Shown: positions 9,377 to 19,459 of the stretch, in pieces
Layout: each line of letters starts with the position of its first letter
How positions within the stretch are numbered: the first letter of the stretch is position 1
Source of the DNA: Nanobdellota archaeon
Lineage (GTDB): Archaea; Nanobdellota; Nanobdellia; Woesearchaeales; CAZZGN01
DNA length: 41,082 nt
Direction: 5' to 3'
Assembly: GCA_051819665.1 (NCBI GenBank)
Contig: JBNJDG010000008.1
Span: forward strand, 1 to 41,082
Notes under the pieces: generated by a model
Told to the model about the DNA's origin: nothing
Database searches by the model: none
Seen by the model: the letters and a program-made list of their open reading frames with translations, nothing else
Program-made: the position numbers and the translations under genes

Positions 9377-10735
9377 TTATATACTTTTCTGAGAGTATTT
9401 CATATCAACTTCCCTTGAGCTCGGAACACTCTCCAGATTCAGCTCATAAGTATTATAATCAAGTCTTCCTCTGGTGAATTCCCTGAAATTCTTTTGTGAA
9501 TAATCACCATCATCCCCCACCAGACAGTGATATGATGCGAAATCCAGAGAGAACATGAACTTATCCATCTCATCCATTCCACTAAGGAGCTCAGAGGCAA
9601 TCACCGCTCCCTGAAAATTATCTCCTGCATTAATGGATGTGCCTTTATTATCAAGTTTCCTTGGCATCATCTCATATATACGTGCATAATCACCTTCTTT
9701 TGATGAAAGATAGGCGGAATCAGCATCATTAGTCACGTATATCCTCGCATTTTCCTTGCCCACGATAGAAGTCAGGCCTGCTACAATATCAGTATAAGAG
9801 CCATGGCCATTATCCTTCAATCCGGAATAAGTCCCATCGACTATCTTCCTTGCTTCTTCTGTATTGAGCATAACAATATCAGCTTTTGAAAGCAGGTCCA
9901 GTGTCGACTCTTTATCCTTATTGAACATATCGGTTGTAGGAGCGACTATGATCTTCCCCTCATATCCTTCTGTAAAAGAGGCAAAATTTTTCATAAGATC
10001 CTTATTCTTCAGGCTGTTCACATAACATACATCATACTTCTTTATCTTATCGTGGTTGTTCTCGAACCAACCAGCTATCCTGGAAGGATCAAAACTCTGT
10101 CTCATCTCCTGATACCTTATGAGTGTCCTGCTGACATCAGGAAGGACGAAATTGAAAGCCTTATGCGCCGCCCAGTTGGGATCCCTCAGGAATGAGACAT
10201 CAACATTCCCGCTATCGGAAAGCATATTATCCAGCGTCCCTATATGGTTCTCATACTTATCAGTGGATTCTTCCTCCCCTCCAAGAAGCAGGAAATGGAA
10301 ATTCGGTTTAGCATAACTCTGGATAAGACCATTTCTCATTATCTTTATGGCAGCCTCTATAGAGTTCCTTGCAGGCCCGCCCATCTCTTCACCAAGCCTT
10401 CTTGTTCCGATAGCGTCAGGATCATCCTCTATCTTTTTCAGTTCCTCATCTGTAAGAGGTTCCTTCCGGAAAAGCCCTTTATCATCCTTTGTAAGGGTAG
10501 CTTTTCCTGTCCTCGACAACCTTTCACCATTCACTCCCCATTTCCTGCCGACCTTAAGTTTGCCTATCTCTTTGTTATGCTCATCCACATTAGCAAAATA
10601 AGACTTCTCATTAAGATTCCAGAAATCACCTGAAGGAGCATGATGATCCTCAACTTCGAAAATCTCATCAATACTCGGTTCCCCGCCTACAAGCACTCTT
10701 AGCTCAAGATTCCACTGCTCGTCTCTTCCCTTCAT
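9377..10735 (-). CDS. Divergent PfkB/ribokinase-family kinase with enlarged lid
   Basis: VLVGGEPSIDEIF, GGPARNS, DIVMLNTEEA and NAGDNF (GAGD-like) motifs. Confidence 0.75.
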   Translation of the reverse strand: MKGRDEQWNLELRVLVGGEPSIDEIFEVEDHHAPSGDFWNLNEKSYFANVDEHNKEIGKLKVGRKWGVNGERLSRTGKATLTKDDKGLFRKEPLTDEELKKIEDDPDAIGTRRLGEEMGGPARNSIEAAIKIMRNGLIQSYAKPNFHFLLLGGEEESTDKYENHIGTLDNMLSDSGNVDVSFLRDPNWAAHKAFNFVLPDVSRTLIRYQEMRQSFDPSRIAGWFENNHDKIKKYDVCYVNSLKNKDLMKNFASFTEGYEGKIIVAPTTDMFNKDKESTLDLLSKADIVMLNTEEARKIVDGTYSGLKDNGHGSYTDIVAGLTSIVGKENARIYVTNDADSAYLSSKEGDYARIYEMMPRKLDNKGTSINAGDNFQGAVIASELLSGMDEMDKFMFSLDFASYHCLVGDDGDYSQKNFREFTRGRLDYNTYELNLESVPSSREVDMKYSQKSI

Positions 10736-10890
10736 TCTACTGCATCACTGTTTCATCATACTTTATCATACTTCTTCCGAAATAAGATATATTTATAATT
10801 TTGGTTTTTTGAAAAATATATAATATACCACCCATTTTTGCTTTCCCAAGATTTAAATATCAAATAGAAAATAAAGAACAAGGTGATATC

Positions 10891-11964
10891 TTGAGGATAG
10901 ATAATGAGCCCAAACTTGATTTCGATGATGTTCTTATAAGACCGAAGAGAAGCACTCTCAACAGCAGGAAGGAAGTTGCCCTTGAAAGGAGATTCAAATT
11001 CCTCCACAGCAGGAGAGAATGGACAGGCATACCCATCATACCTTCCAATATGGACACAACAGGTACATTTGAGATGGCCAGAGTACTCTCAGAATATAAG
11101 ATGATCACCGCCCTACATAAATTCTACAGCCTTGAAGAGCTCGAGGGATTCTTCAGAAGCTTTGATAAACCCGATTATATAGCTTACACCCTGGGGATCA
11201 GGGACGAGGATTTCGATAAGCTGAAGAAACTCCTCGAAAAAGGCCTCGGCAGTAAATTCAATTTCATTGTTCTTGACGTTCCCAATGCCTATCTTGAACG
11301 TTTTGTGGGCAAACTCAGCGAACTGAGAGAACTCTGTCCTAATCATACGATCATAGCCGGAAATGTAGTGACCAATGACATGACAGAGGAGATCCTCCTG
11401 AAAGGTGCGGATATAGTTAAGATAGGTATAGGAAGCGGGGCATCATGCCTGACCAGAAGAAAGACAGGAGTAGGTTATCCACAGCTAGGGGCCATAATGG
11501 AATGTTCTGACGCTGCCCATGGTATAACAGGAAGGGAGAAAGGACACGGCCTCATAGTCTCTGACGGAGGGATAAGATATCCTGGAGATATCGCGAAAGC
11601 TTTCTGCGCTGCCTCTGATTTTGTGATGGGGGGCTCGATCTTCGCAGGTCATGATGAGACAGGAGGAGAGCTCATCGAAAAGAACGGCAGGAAATTCAAG
11701 AAATTCTATGGAATGAGCTCAAAGGCAGCCATGAAAGAACATTACGGAAAGGTCGCAAAGCACAGGACCAGTGAAGGGAGGGACCTTGAGATACCGTATA
11801 AGGGAAGCATAAACAACCTCCTCCTGGACATCTTCGGTTCCCTGAGGAGCACAGGTACTTACATCGGCGCATGGAGTCTCAAGGAATTCCCGAGAAGGGC
11901 AACTTTCATGACCGTACACAAACAGCTTAATACCTCACTGGAGAAGTATCAGGTAGGGAACTGA
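10891..11964 (+). CDS. guaC: GMP reductase (long, E. coli-like type)
   Basis: KLDFDDVLIRPKRSTL, KIGIGSGASCLTR, GVGYPQL, SDGG, FYGMSS; TTG start with GGTGAT SD. Confidence 0.93.
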   Translation: MRIDNEPKLDFDDVLIRPKRSTLNSRKEVALERRFKFLHSRREWTGIPIIPSNMDTTGTFEMARVLSEYKMITALHKFYSLEELEGFFRSFDKPDYIAYTLGIRDEDFDKLKKLLEKGLGSKFNFIVLDVPNAYLERFVGKLSELRELCPNHTIIAGNVVTNDMTEEILLKGADIVKIGIGSGASCLTRRKTGVGYPQLGAIMECSDAAHGITGREKGHGLIVSDGGIRYPGDIAKAFCAASDFVMGGSIFAGHDETGGELIEKNGRKFKKFYGMSSKAAMKEHYGKVAKHRTSEGRDLEIPYKGSINNLLLDIFGSLRSTGTYIGAWSLKEFPRRATFMTVHKQLNTSLEKYQVGN

Positions 11965-11988
11965 AACTGAGACAGACCTCAAAAATCG

Positions 11989-12212
11989 TTAAGTGAAATT
12001 GACAATTTCACAAATTATATCCAGGCCACTCAATCTCTAAAGGATGAGACTACACGTGACAGGGAAATAAAAGGCCTGCTTGAAGCGATGGAAAAACATA
12101 ATCTAAAAGAGGCCTGATCCTAACAGATGATGAAGAAGAGGATATAAATACAAAGAACAAAAGAATTAAAGTAAGACCAATATGGAAATGGCTACTGCTT
12201 CAGGACGTGTAA
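11989..12212 (+). pseudogene. Frameshifted C-terminal relic of a COG1373/DUF4143-type AAA+ ATPase
   Basis: Reads EID..IQATQSLKDETTRDREIKGLLEAMEKHNLKE, then after a 1-nt shift at ~12111 GLILTDDEEEDINTKNKRIKVRPIWKWLL; no start or N-terminal ATPase domain. Confidence 0.8.
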
Positions 12213-13966
12213 TAAAGCTTATCCTCGCCCTTCTGTTTCCTGTCCATCTGCGAACCGGGCTTATTGACCCTCGGTCTGTTATTCTCAGGGTCTCTCCTCA
12301 TCGTGGTATCTATGTCCTTAAGGAAAGTGTTCATGCCTTCCGCCATCGGATAAGGGCCTTTCGCTACTCCCTTTATGGCAGGCTTACCATCGAAGACCAT
12401 AATCTTCTGGGAAAGATAATCCACGAAAAGAAGGTCATGGTCAACGATCAATGCAGAAGTGCCCTTGGCTTCCATGACTTCCCTTATCACCTTTGATAAG
12501 ATAAGCCTCTGTTCGACATCGAGATAAGCGGAGGGCTCATCGAATAAGAAAAGATCAGCATCACGGGAGAGACAATGGGCTATAGCCACTTTCTGGAGCT
12601 GTCCGCCTGAAAGCTCATTGAGCTTCTTAAAGAAGAACTTCTCTATATCCAGAGGATCAATTATCTGTCCCTTGTACTTCTTCACCGCATCTCCGAGGAA
12701 TTCCATCACTGTCTTCTCACTTCCCTTCAGATACTGGGGCTTATAAGCGACAGAGATGTCCTCGTTTATCTCTCCCTCATCAGCTTCATCCACACCTGCA
12801 AGCATCTTTACGAAACTGGTCTTACCAATACCGTTTTCCCCGAGTATGCCTATGGTCTCACGGGTGTTTATCTGTCCGCCTTCTGCAGACAAGCTGAACT
12901 TGCCCAGTTTCTTCCTGACATCTTTCCAGGAACTGAGCAGCTTCTGTTCCTTCTCCTTCTTTACAGGCGCTTCATCAAAGAAATGGATCTTATGATCCCT
13001 GAACCTCATGTTCTCGTCTTTCATATATCCCTCGAGGTATATGTTTATACCCTGTTTGGTGGATTTCATGAGGCTCACTATACCATAACCCTCTTCCTTA
13101 CCGTACATAAGGTGTATAAGATCGGTCATATAATCAAGAATGATAAGGTCATGCTCGATAACAAGGACTGCTGTATTCTCATCGGCCATGTCTCTTATGT
13201 ACCTGCTCACCCTTATACGCTGCTTTATATCAAGGTAAGAAGTAGGCTCGTCAAAGACATAGACATTGGCTTTCTTCATGACCGTAGCAGCTATGGCGAC
13301 ACGCTGAAGCTCCCCGCCAGAAACAGAAGAGAGATCATTATCAAGGATGTCCTCAAGATCAAGGTCTTTTATTATGCTGTCATATATGCCCCTCTCATCC
13401 ACTTTCTTAAGAAGATCACCAACCTTGCCTTTGGCTGTCTTAGGCAACATATCAACAGCCTGGGGCTTATAACTTACCTTTATCTCCCCGGATTTCCTCT
13501 TCTCAAAATACTTCTGGGCTTCCGTACCCTTGAAATGTTCTATGAGAGCATCATCATCAGCCTCATGACCCTCTTTACCGAAATTGGGCTTAAGAACATC
13601 AGAAAGTACCTTGATGGCCGTGCTCTTACCTATACCATTCCTCCCTATTATGCCGACCACTTTGCCGAATATAGGGGTGGGAAGATTATAGAGGGCAAAA
13701 CCGTTCTTGCCGAACCGATGCACAGGATCCTTATCAAGCTCCTCCGGGAGCCTAATCATCTCAAGAGCACCAAAAGGGCATTTGTTCGCTGCTATCCTGT
13801 CAGCATCAGTTATAACATCCTCATTTACTTCAACCTTGCCGTCATCAGATTTCACAATAGCATCCTTACCCATCCTGTTCGAGGGGCTGACCTTCATGCA
13901 GAGGTACCCTCCGCAACCGTCGGGATTGCATTTGTCCTTTTTGACGACCATTATCCTGTTTCTCAT
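12200..13966 (-). CDS. rli: Ribosome recycling ATPase ABCE1/Rli1
   Basis: N-terminal Cys domain, two ABC NBDs (GRNGIGKST, SGGELQR, DEPT; GENGIGKTS, SGGQLQK, DEPS) and RPRVNK hinge. Confidence 0.96.
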   Translation of the reverse strand: MRNRIMVVKKDKCNPDGCGGYLCMKVSPSNRMGKDAIVKSDDGKVEVNEDVITDADRIAANKCPFGALEMIRLPEELDKDPVHRFGKNGFALYNLPTPIFGKVVGIIGRNGIGKSTAIKVLSDVLKPNFGKEGHEADDDALIEHFKGTEAQKYFEKRKSGEIKVSYKPQAVDMLPKTAKGKVGDLLKKVDERGIYDSIIKDLDLEDILDNDLSSVSGGELQRVAIAATVMKKANVYVFDEPTSYLDIKQRIRVSRYIRDMADENTAVLVIEHDLIILDYMTDLIHLMYGKEEGYGIVSLMKSTKQGINIYLEGYMKDENMRFRDHKIHFFDEAPVKKEKEQKLLSSWKDVRKKLGKFSLSAEGGQINTRETIGILGENGIGKTSFVKMLAGVDEADEGEINEDISVAYKPQYLKGSEKTVMEFLGDAVKKYKGQIIDPLDIEKFFFKKLNELSGGQLQKVAIAHCLSRDADLFLFDEPSAYLDVEQRLILSKVIREVMEAKGTSALIVDHDLLFVDYLSQKIMVFDGKPAIKGVAKGPYPMAEGMNTFLKDIDTTMRRDPENNRPRVNKPGSQMDRKQKGEDKLYYTS

Positions 13967-14068
13967 GGATTAGAGGGGAAGATACTTTATTTATAAGAGT
14001 AGCGGTCAAGGCATCTGAAAACCCATGAGCGATATTTTTATATATAGCAAATGATTACCTATCACCGT

Positions 14069-14251
14069 ATGGGGGCAATCAAGGAAGTACCTGAGCAGGA
14101 CTATGAATATTTATACAGATGCAAAAGGTGCGGGAATAATATGAACAAACAGGTTAGCTTAACCACTCATAAATTCGGCGGACCTGACCTGGGTTCTACA
14201 AAGATGAGAGTCTGTGCAAACTGCAAGAATGGTTCTGAACTCACCTACTGA
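14069..14251 (+). CDS. Small zinc-ribbon protein (CxxC...CxxC)
   Basis: CKRC and CANC pairs in 60 aa; TATA box at ~14037-14046 favours the ATG at 14069. Confidence 0.65.
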   Translation: MGAIKEVPEQDYEYLYRCKRCGNNMNKQVSLTTHKFGGPDLGSTKMRVCANCKNGSELTY

Positions 14252-14300
14252 ACAAAAGATTTATAAACAAATGAAAGTTCTCGAAAGACGGTGAATATAT

Positions 14301-14705
14301 ATGACGATAATGGGTATTAATTTTACGAAGATGAATGTCGAAAAGAAAGAAGGAAAGAAAGGGAAGGTCAATATATCAAATAATGTGGGCCTGAACAGTG
14401 TTGAGAAAGTGGATCTCAATGTAGGAGGAGATAACCAGGAATCTCTCAAGTTCGGATTCGCATTCAGTTCGACCTATGATCCGGAGATAGGAAAGATCGA
14501 GCTTGAAGGGAATGTTGTCTACATGACTTCCAAGGACGAAGCTAAATCTATCCTCGACGAGTGGGAGAAGAACCAGAAGGTTGACAAAGCAACGACCGAA
14601 AAGGTGCTTCCGAGTGTGCTTAACAAATGCAACACTGAAGCTTTGCTGCTGAGCAAGGAGATAAACCTGCCTTCACCAATCCCGCTGCCAAAGCTCAAAA
14701 AATAA
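14301..14705 (+). CDS. Conserved archaeal hypothetical protein, possibly SecB-like fold
   Basis: GINFTKMNVEK start, alternating beta strands and a C-terminal helix plus LPSPIPLP. Confidence 0.7.
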   Translation: MTIMGINFTKMNVEKKEGKKGKVNISNNVGLNSVEKVDLNVGGDNQESLKFGFAFSSTYDPEIGKIELEGNVVYMTSKDEAKSILDEWEKNQKVDKATTEKVLPSVLNKCNTEALLLSKEINLPSPIPLPKLKK

Positions 14706-14758
14706 TTTTTCCACAATCTTTTTAAATTAATTTCTTATTCATGAACGAAGGTGCTAAA

Positions 14759-17407
14759 ATGGCTGAAAATATAAAACTTAAAGTTGCTGAAGCAATCCAG
14801 GATGATGTCAACAAGGGTATAGTCCGAGTAGATAGCGGCTATATGTCTGAAGCTGGTGTGAAACCGGGAGAGATAGTCGAGATAGAAGGGAGCAGGAAAG
14901 CTATAGCTATAGTCGACAGGGCTTACCCAGGCGATATCGGACTGAACATCATCAGGATGGATGGTATCATCAGGAGGAATGCAAAGACTGGGATAGGAGA
15001 GATGGTCACCATCAAGAAAGCTGAGGTCACTCCAGCCAAGAAGATATCCATAGCACCTGCAAGGAAAGGACTGGTCATAAAAGCATCTTCCAATATATTC
15101 AAACAGGGGCTCCTCGGGAGAGCTCTCCAGAAAGGAGATATTGTCTCGCTGGGAGGAAGCAAGAGGAGGAGGAGCACTATGATGCACAGCTCCATGTTCC
15201 CCGACGACATTTTCAATATGCTTGACGAGAGCCCGATCGGACTGGGATTCTCCGATCTGAAATTCGTGGTGACGAATACGAACCCCAAGGGACCGGTTGT
15301 CATAGTCGAATCCACGGAAGTGGAGTTCAATCCTGAAGCTACAGAAGTAGAGGAAGACTCTTACCCTGAAGTGACCTACGAAGATGTAGGCGGGCTTGAA
15401 GGCGAGATCAAGAAGATAAGGGAGATGGTCGAACTTCCGCTCAAACACCCCGAAGTTTTCGAAACACTGGGCATTGATGCGCCGAAGGGTGTTTTGCTTC
15501 ACGGACCCCCGGGCACAGGGAAAACCCTGCTGGCAAAAGCTGTAGCTAACGAAACTAATGCCAATTTCATATCCATAAACGGCCCGGAGATAATGTCGAA
15601 ATATTACGGGCAGTCAGAACAGAATCTCAGGAAGAAATTCGAGGAAGCAGAAAAGAACGCACCGTCGATAATATTCATAGATGAGATCGATGCCATAGCC
15701 ACGAAGAGAGAAGAGACCAAAGGAGAAGTAGAGAGAAGAGTCGTAGCTCAGCTTCTCGGTATAATGGATGGCCTGAAAGCAAGAGGAAAGGTTGTAGTTA
15801 TAGCCGCCTCGAATATACCCAACCAACTGGACCCTGCACTAAGAAGGCCAGGAAGATTTGACAGGGAGCTGGAGATAAGCGTTCCTTCGAAAAGAGGAAG
15901 GGAAAAGATACTGAAGATCCACTCAAGATACATGCCCATTGACAAGAACCTGAAAAGCATAGGTGTCAACAGCACTAAAGAGGAGGTTGTCAAGCAGGTC
16001 AAGGAAAGCATAAAAGACCTTGACAAGGACAGGATAACAAAGACCCTTCTGTCTTCGACAAAACAGAATAAAGAGTTCTTCGAGATAAAGGACGATGTTG
16101 AAGATACGATCAGAAAGATAATAACAGAAAAGAAGAAACTGAAATCCATCCCTGTCCCCCTGAAAGAGACACTTATCTCAAGGATCTCCGAAGAACTGTG
16201 TTTCAGGGGGATACATAAGAAAGAGAAGGAAGAGATAACCAACAGGCTTGCAGATAAACTGAAAGAGATAAATGAAGACGAAAAGATCTACGAGATCATT
16301 GATACATCTGTAAAAGAGAGCATCCTGAGGAACATCGCCGAGATAACACATGGTTTTGTCGGTGCTGATCTGAGCGCTTTATCGAAGGAAGCAGCAATGA
16401 CCGTCCTGAGGAGGATCATGCCCGACCTCAAGTACAAGGACGAAGAGGAGATTCCGAAAGAGATACTTGAAAAGCTCAAGATAACACATAATGATTTCAT
16501 AGAAGCGCTCAAGTCAGTAAGACCTTCTGCCATGAGGGAAGTCCTGGTGGAAGTCCCTAATGTAAGATGGGAAGACATAGGGGGTCTTGACAGTGTAAGG
16601 CAGGAACTGTCTGAAGTTGTAGAATGGCCGCTGAAAAACCCCAAGGCCTTCTCTAGGATGGGGATCGAGCCGCCGAAAGGAGTCCTCCTGTACGGTGCCC
16701 CCGGAACCGGTAAGACCCTGATGGCCAAAGCGGTGGCTAATGAGAGTGAAGCCAATTTCATCGTCGTGAAAGGTCCAGAGCTATTATCAAAATGGGTCGG
16801 TGAAAGCGAGAAAGCTGTAAGGGAAGTGTTCAAGAAAGCAAGACAGACTGCCCCTACTGTCATATTCTTTGATGAGATCGATTCCATTGCTCCGAAAAGA
16901 ACAGGAGACAGTAACAATAATTCCTCAGAGAGGGTTGTCAACCAGATCCTTACTGAAATGGATGGGCTCGAGAGCCTTCATGACATAGTCATAATAGCTG
17001 CCACGAACAGGCCTGACATGGTGGACACGGCCCTCCTCAGACCAGGTAGATTCGACAGGATCGTCATGACACCTGCTCCTGATGCCAGAACAAGAGAGGA
17101 GATATTCAAGGTGCATACGAAGAACATGCCGCTGGATGATGATATTAATATATCAAAACTCGCGAAGAAAGCTGAAGGGTATGCCGGCGCAGACATTGAA
17201 TCGGTATGCAGGGAAGCTGCAATCTTTGCCCTCCGGGAGAACATAGATTCTGAAGTGGTGAAGAACGAACACTTCGACAAGGCAATGAAGAAAGTTGTAC
17301 CTTCTATCACAAAAGAGATAGAGGATACTTATAAGGAGTTGTCAAAGCACTTCACCTCTGCCAAAGCAAGGCAGATGAAGGAAGAGAAACCCGGCTATTT
17401 CGGCTGA
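14759..17407 (+). CDS. cdc48: CDC48/VCP AAA+ ATPase with an insertion in D1
   Basis: N-domain, Walker A GPPGTGKT and GAPGTGKT, Walker B DEID twice, RPGRFDR twice; SD GGTG before ATG 14759. Confidence 0.96.
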   Translation: MAENIKLKVAEAIQDDVNKGIVRVDSGYMSEAGVKPGEIVEIEGSRKAIAIVDRAYPGDIGLNIIRMDGIIRRNAKTGIGEMVTIKKAEVTPAKKISIAPARKGLVIKASSNIFKQGLLGRALQKGDIVSLGGSKRRRSTMMHSSMFPDDIFNMLDESPIGLGFSDLKFVVTNTNPKGPVVIVESTEVEFNPEATEVEEDSYPEVTYEDVGGLEGEIKKIREMVELPLKHPEVFETLGIDAPKGVLLHGPPGTGKTLLAKAVANETNANFISINGPEIMSKYYGQSEQNLRKKFEEAEKNAPSIIFIDEIDAIATKREETKGEVERRVVAQLLGIMDGLKARGKVVVIAASNIPNQLDPALRRPGRFDRELEISVPSKRGREKILKIHSRYMPIDKNLKSIGVNSTKEEVVKQVKESIKDLDKDRITKTLLSSTKQNKEFFEIKDDVEDTIRKIITEKKKLKSIPVPLKETLISRISEELCFRGIHKKEKEEITNRLADKLKEINEDEKIYEIIDTSVKESILRNIAEITHGFVGADLSALSKEAAMTVLRRIMPDLKYKDEEEIPKEILEKLKITHNDFIEALKSVRPSAMREVLVEVPNVRWEDIGGLDSVRQELSEVVEWPLKNPKAFSRMGIEPPKGVLLYGAPGTGKTLMAKAVANESEANFIVVKGPELLSKWVGESEKAVREVFKKARQTAPTVIFFDEIDSIAPKRTGDSNNNSSERVVNQILTEMDGLESLHDIVIIAATNRPDMVDTALLRPGRFDRIVMTPAPDARTREEIFKVHTKNMPLDDDINISKLAKKAEGYAGADIESVCREAAIFALRENIDSEVVKNEHFDKAMKKVVPSITKEIEDTYKELSKHFTSAKARQMKEEKPGYFG

Positions 17408-18264
17408 GGTTTAGCTTTATTTTTTCTTTCTACTATTTTCATCCTCAATAACATTCCTGAGAAGATTATAAGTCCCCCTCCTATGACCACCTGAAGGGTT
17501 ATCTTATCACCGAAGATAAGGAAACCGAATAGTATATTGAAAACGACTTCCATATACTTGAGCAGGGAGTATTCTATCATCTTCAGTTTTCTCATAGCCG
17601 AGAAGAATATATAGAAAGCCACTATCCCTATCAGGAAACTGTATAGGAGCCCGAGGGAGATTTGTTCATTGGTTGGTCCGGGAGAATTGAAGATTATGAA
17701 CGGCAGGAATATGAAGGCACCGAAAAGGTTCTGGTAGAAAATGGTCTCCCAGTTGGAGAATGTTGAAATTACCTTCTTATAAGAGATGTTCGTCAATGAA
17801 AGCACAACAGCTGATATGAGCATCGCCCCCATGCCGATGAAGTCCCTGTTATCAAAGCTCAATTCTTTACCCAGATTCATGACAATTATTCCGATGAAAG
17901 CAAGAGCAAAGAGCATTATCTGTTTTCTTGTTATATTTTCTTTTAGTATATAGACGCCGAAGATTGCTGCAAAAATGGGCCAGGTAAAGAGCATGATAAT
18001 AGAGTTGGTCATAGTGGTGTAAATATAAGCCACAAAATAGAATATGAGCCTGAGTGCATTCAGGAAAGATGCGAGGAGCATGGTCCTGTACCTTCCAGTG
18101 AAGAGCTTGATACCCTTATACCTTATGACTATGAAAGATATGACTAAGGGAACTATGAAGCGGAAGAAAGCTATACTGGTCGCAGGGAGGTCTATTATCT
18201 TTATGAACACGCCTGAAGAGCTGGCGATAATCATCCCTAACAGGAGCAATAGATATCCGTTCAT
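17395..18264 (-). CDS. EamA/DMT family transporter
   Basis: About 10 TM in two repeats; [15 protein letters not shown] and [15 protein letters not shown]. Confidence 0.9.
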   Translation of the reverse strand: MNGYLLLLLGMIIASSSGVFIKIIDLPATSIAFFRFIVPLVISFIVIRYKGIKLFTGRYRTMLLASFLNALRLIFYFVAYIYTTMTNSIIMLFTWPIFAAIFGVYILKENITRKQIMLFALAFIGIIVMNLGKELSFDNRDFIGMGAMLISAVVLSLTNISYKKVISTFSNWETIFYQNLFGAFIFLPFIIFNSPGPTNEQISLGLLYSFLIGIVAFYIFFSAMRKLKMIEYSLLKYMEVVFNILFGFLIFGDKITLQVVIGGGLIIFSGMLLRMKIVERKNKAKPQPK

Positions 18265-18364
18265 GGTCCCTGGGCCGGAGATGGATTATATAAGATTAAC
18301 TGGTCTCCGTTACTTCTTAACAATGGAAACATTTTTATAGTAATCATATATACGTATTTTTTTA

Positions 18365-19444
18365 ATGGATCGCTTAATCCGAGATGGCAAGATAAGAGAG
18401 GCTTACGAGGAACTCTTTCTTAAGACAAAGAAGCCAATATACGGTGCGACACAGAAGAATCCCGAAATAGCACACTCTATGTTTAACGCCTCTGTAAAGG
18501 CACTTGGAGAAGGTTTGTGCCACCCAGAAATCGATCATTATCTGGGTGACCTCACATTCGGAAATGCTGCAGGTTCAAACAAGAACATTGACGTCTCATT
18601 AAATAACATGGCCAGATTGGGATATAATCTTGTCGTTCTGGGCACATTCACTTATGACCCAAGGAAAGGTAACAAAAGACAGAGAGTATGGAGATTTCCT
18701 GATACTGAATCAGTGGTGAACAATTTTGGACTTAACAATATCGGTGCAAAGTTTGCAAACAGGAAATTAGAAAAACAAAGGAACGATTATGATATCTCTG
18801 TGCATGTCAGCATAATGCATAACCCTGTACTTAATGATAAGAGCAAGTATGATAAGAGAGACATCCTGCTTGACCTGAAAAAGAGTTATAATGAATTCAG
18901 GAAAAATGATAAGGTTACTCTTTTTCAACATAACATCTCCTGCCCTAACACAGGGGAAAATATAGAGGAATTCCTGAAGTCCTTAGATGAACAGCTTGAT
19001 GTAGCCTGTGAGTATTCAGGAGACAAAGGTATCCTGTTAAAACTATCACCTGACATGACCCATGAAGAGATATATGAGGTGGTCCAGACAGCAAACCAGT
19101 ATAATCCAAAAGTAAAAGGGTTTGTCGCTTTTAATACTACAACAGATCATGACAAGAGATATATAAGAAAATCTCCCGGCAAGGGAGGAGCAAGCGGACC
19201 GATATTATCACAAAATAAATATATGAACAAATTGAATTTCCTTAATGATATAGTGAATGCAAGCTGGAGAGATTACGAGATTAAGGCTGTTGGCGGGATC
19301 AATCACAAGAATGTTTGTGACAGGCTCATGCTTAATAATGTAACCGGGGTTGAGGCGTATACTTCTATAATATACGGCGGACCTAGAGAGATAAAAGATA
19401 TCAATAAGACAATTCAAAAACATAGGAATTATATAAATAAGTAA
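18365..19444 (+). CDS. pyrD: Dihydroorotate dehydrogenase
   Basis: GNAAGSNKN, GNKRQRVWR..VVNNFGLNN, NISCPNT, KLSPD, NTT, GGASG, VGGI, IYGGP. Confidence 0.88.
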   Translation: MDRLIRDGKIREAYEELFLKTKKPIYGATQKNPEIAHSMFNASVKALGEGLCHPEIDHYLGDLTFGNAAGSNKNIDVSLNNMARLGYNLVVLGTFTYDPRKGNKRQRVWRFPDTESVVNNFGLNNIGAKFANRKLEKQRNDYDISVHVSIMHNPVLNDKSKYDKRDILLDLKKSYNEFRKNDKVTLFQHNISCPNTGENIEEFLKSLDEQLDVACEYSGDKGILLKLSPDMTHEEIYEVVQTANQYNPKVKGFVAFNTTTDHDKRYIRKSPGKGGASGPILSQNKYMNKLNFLNDIVNASWRDYEIKAVGGINHKNVCDRLMLNNVTGVEAYTSIIYGGPREIKDINKTIQKHRNYINK

Positions 19445-19459
19445 ACGAGGTGTTATCAG

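Noticed and set aside
12983..13996. 337-aa plus-strand ORF
   Set aside because: Antisense shadow of ABCE1 with no motifs; the same applies to other shadow ORFs such as 1152-1715, 16288-16941, 23135-23653 and 24241-24820
15944..16320. Intein in Cdc48
   Set aside because: No N-terminal Cys/Ser block, no His-Asn end, no LAGLIDADG motif, and not at the Walker A insertion site
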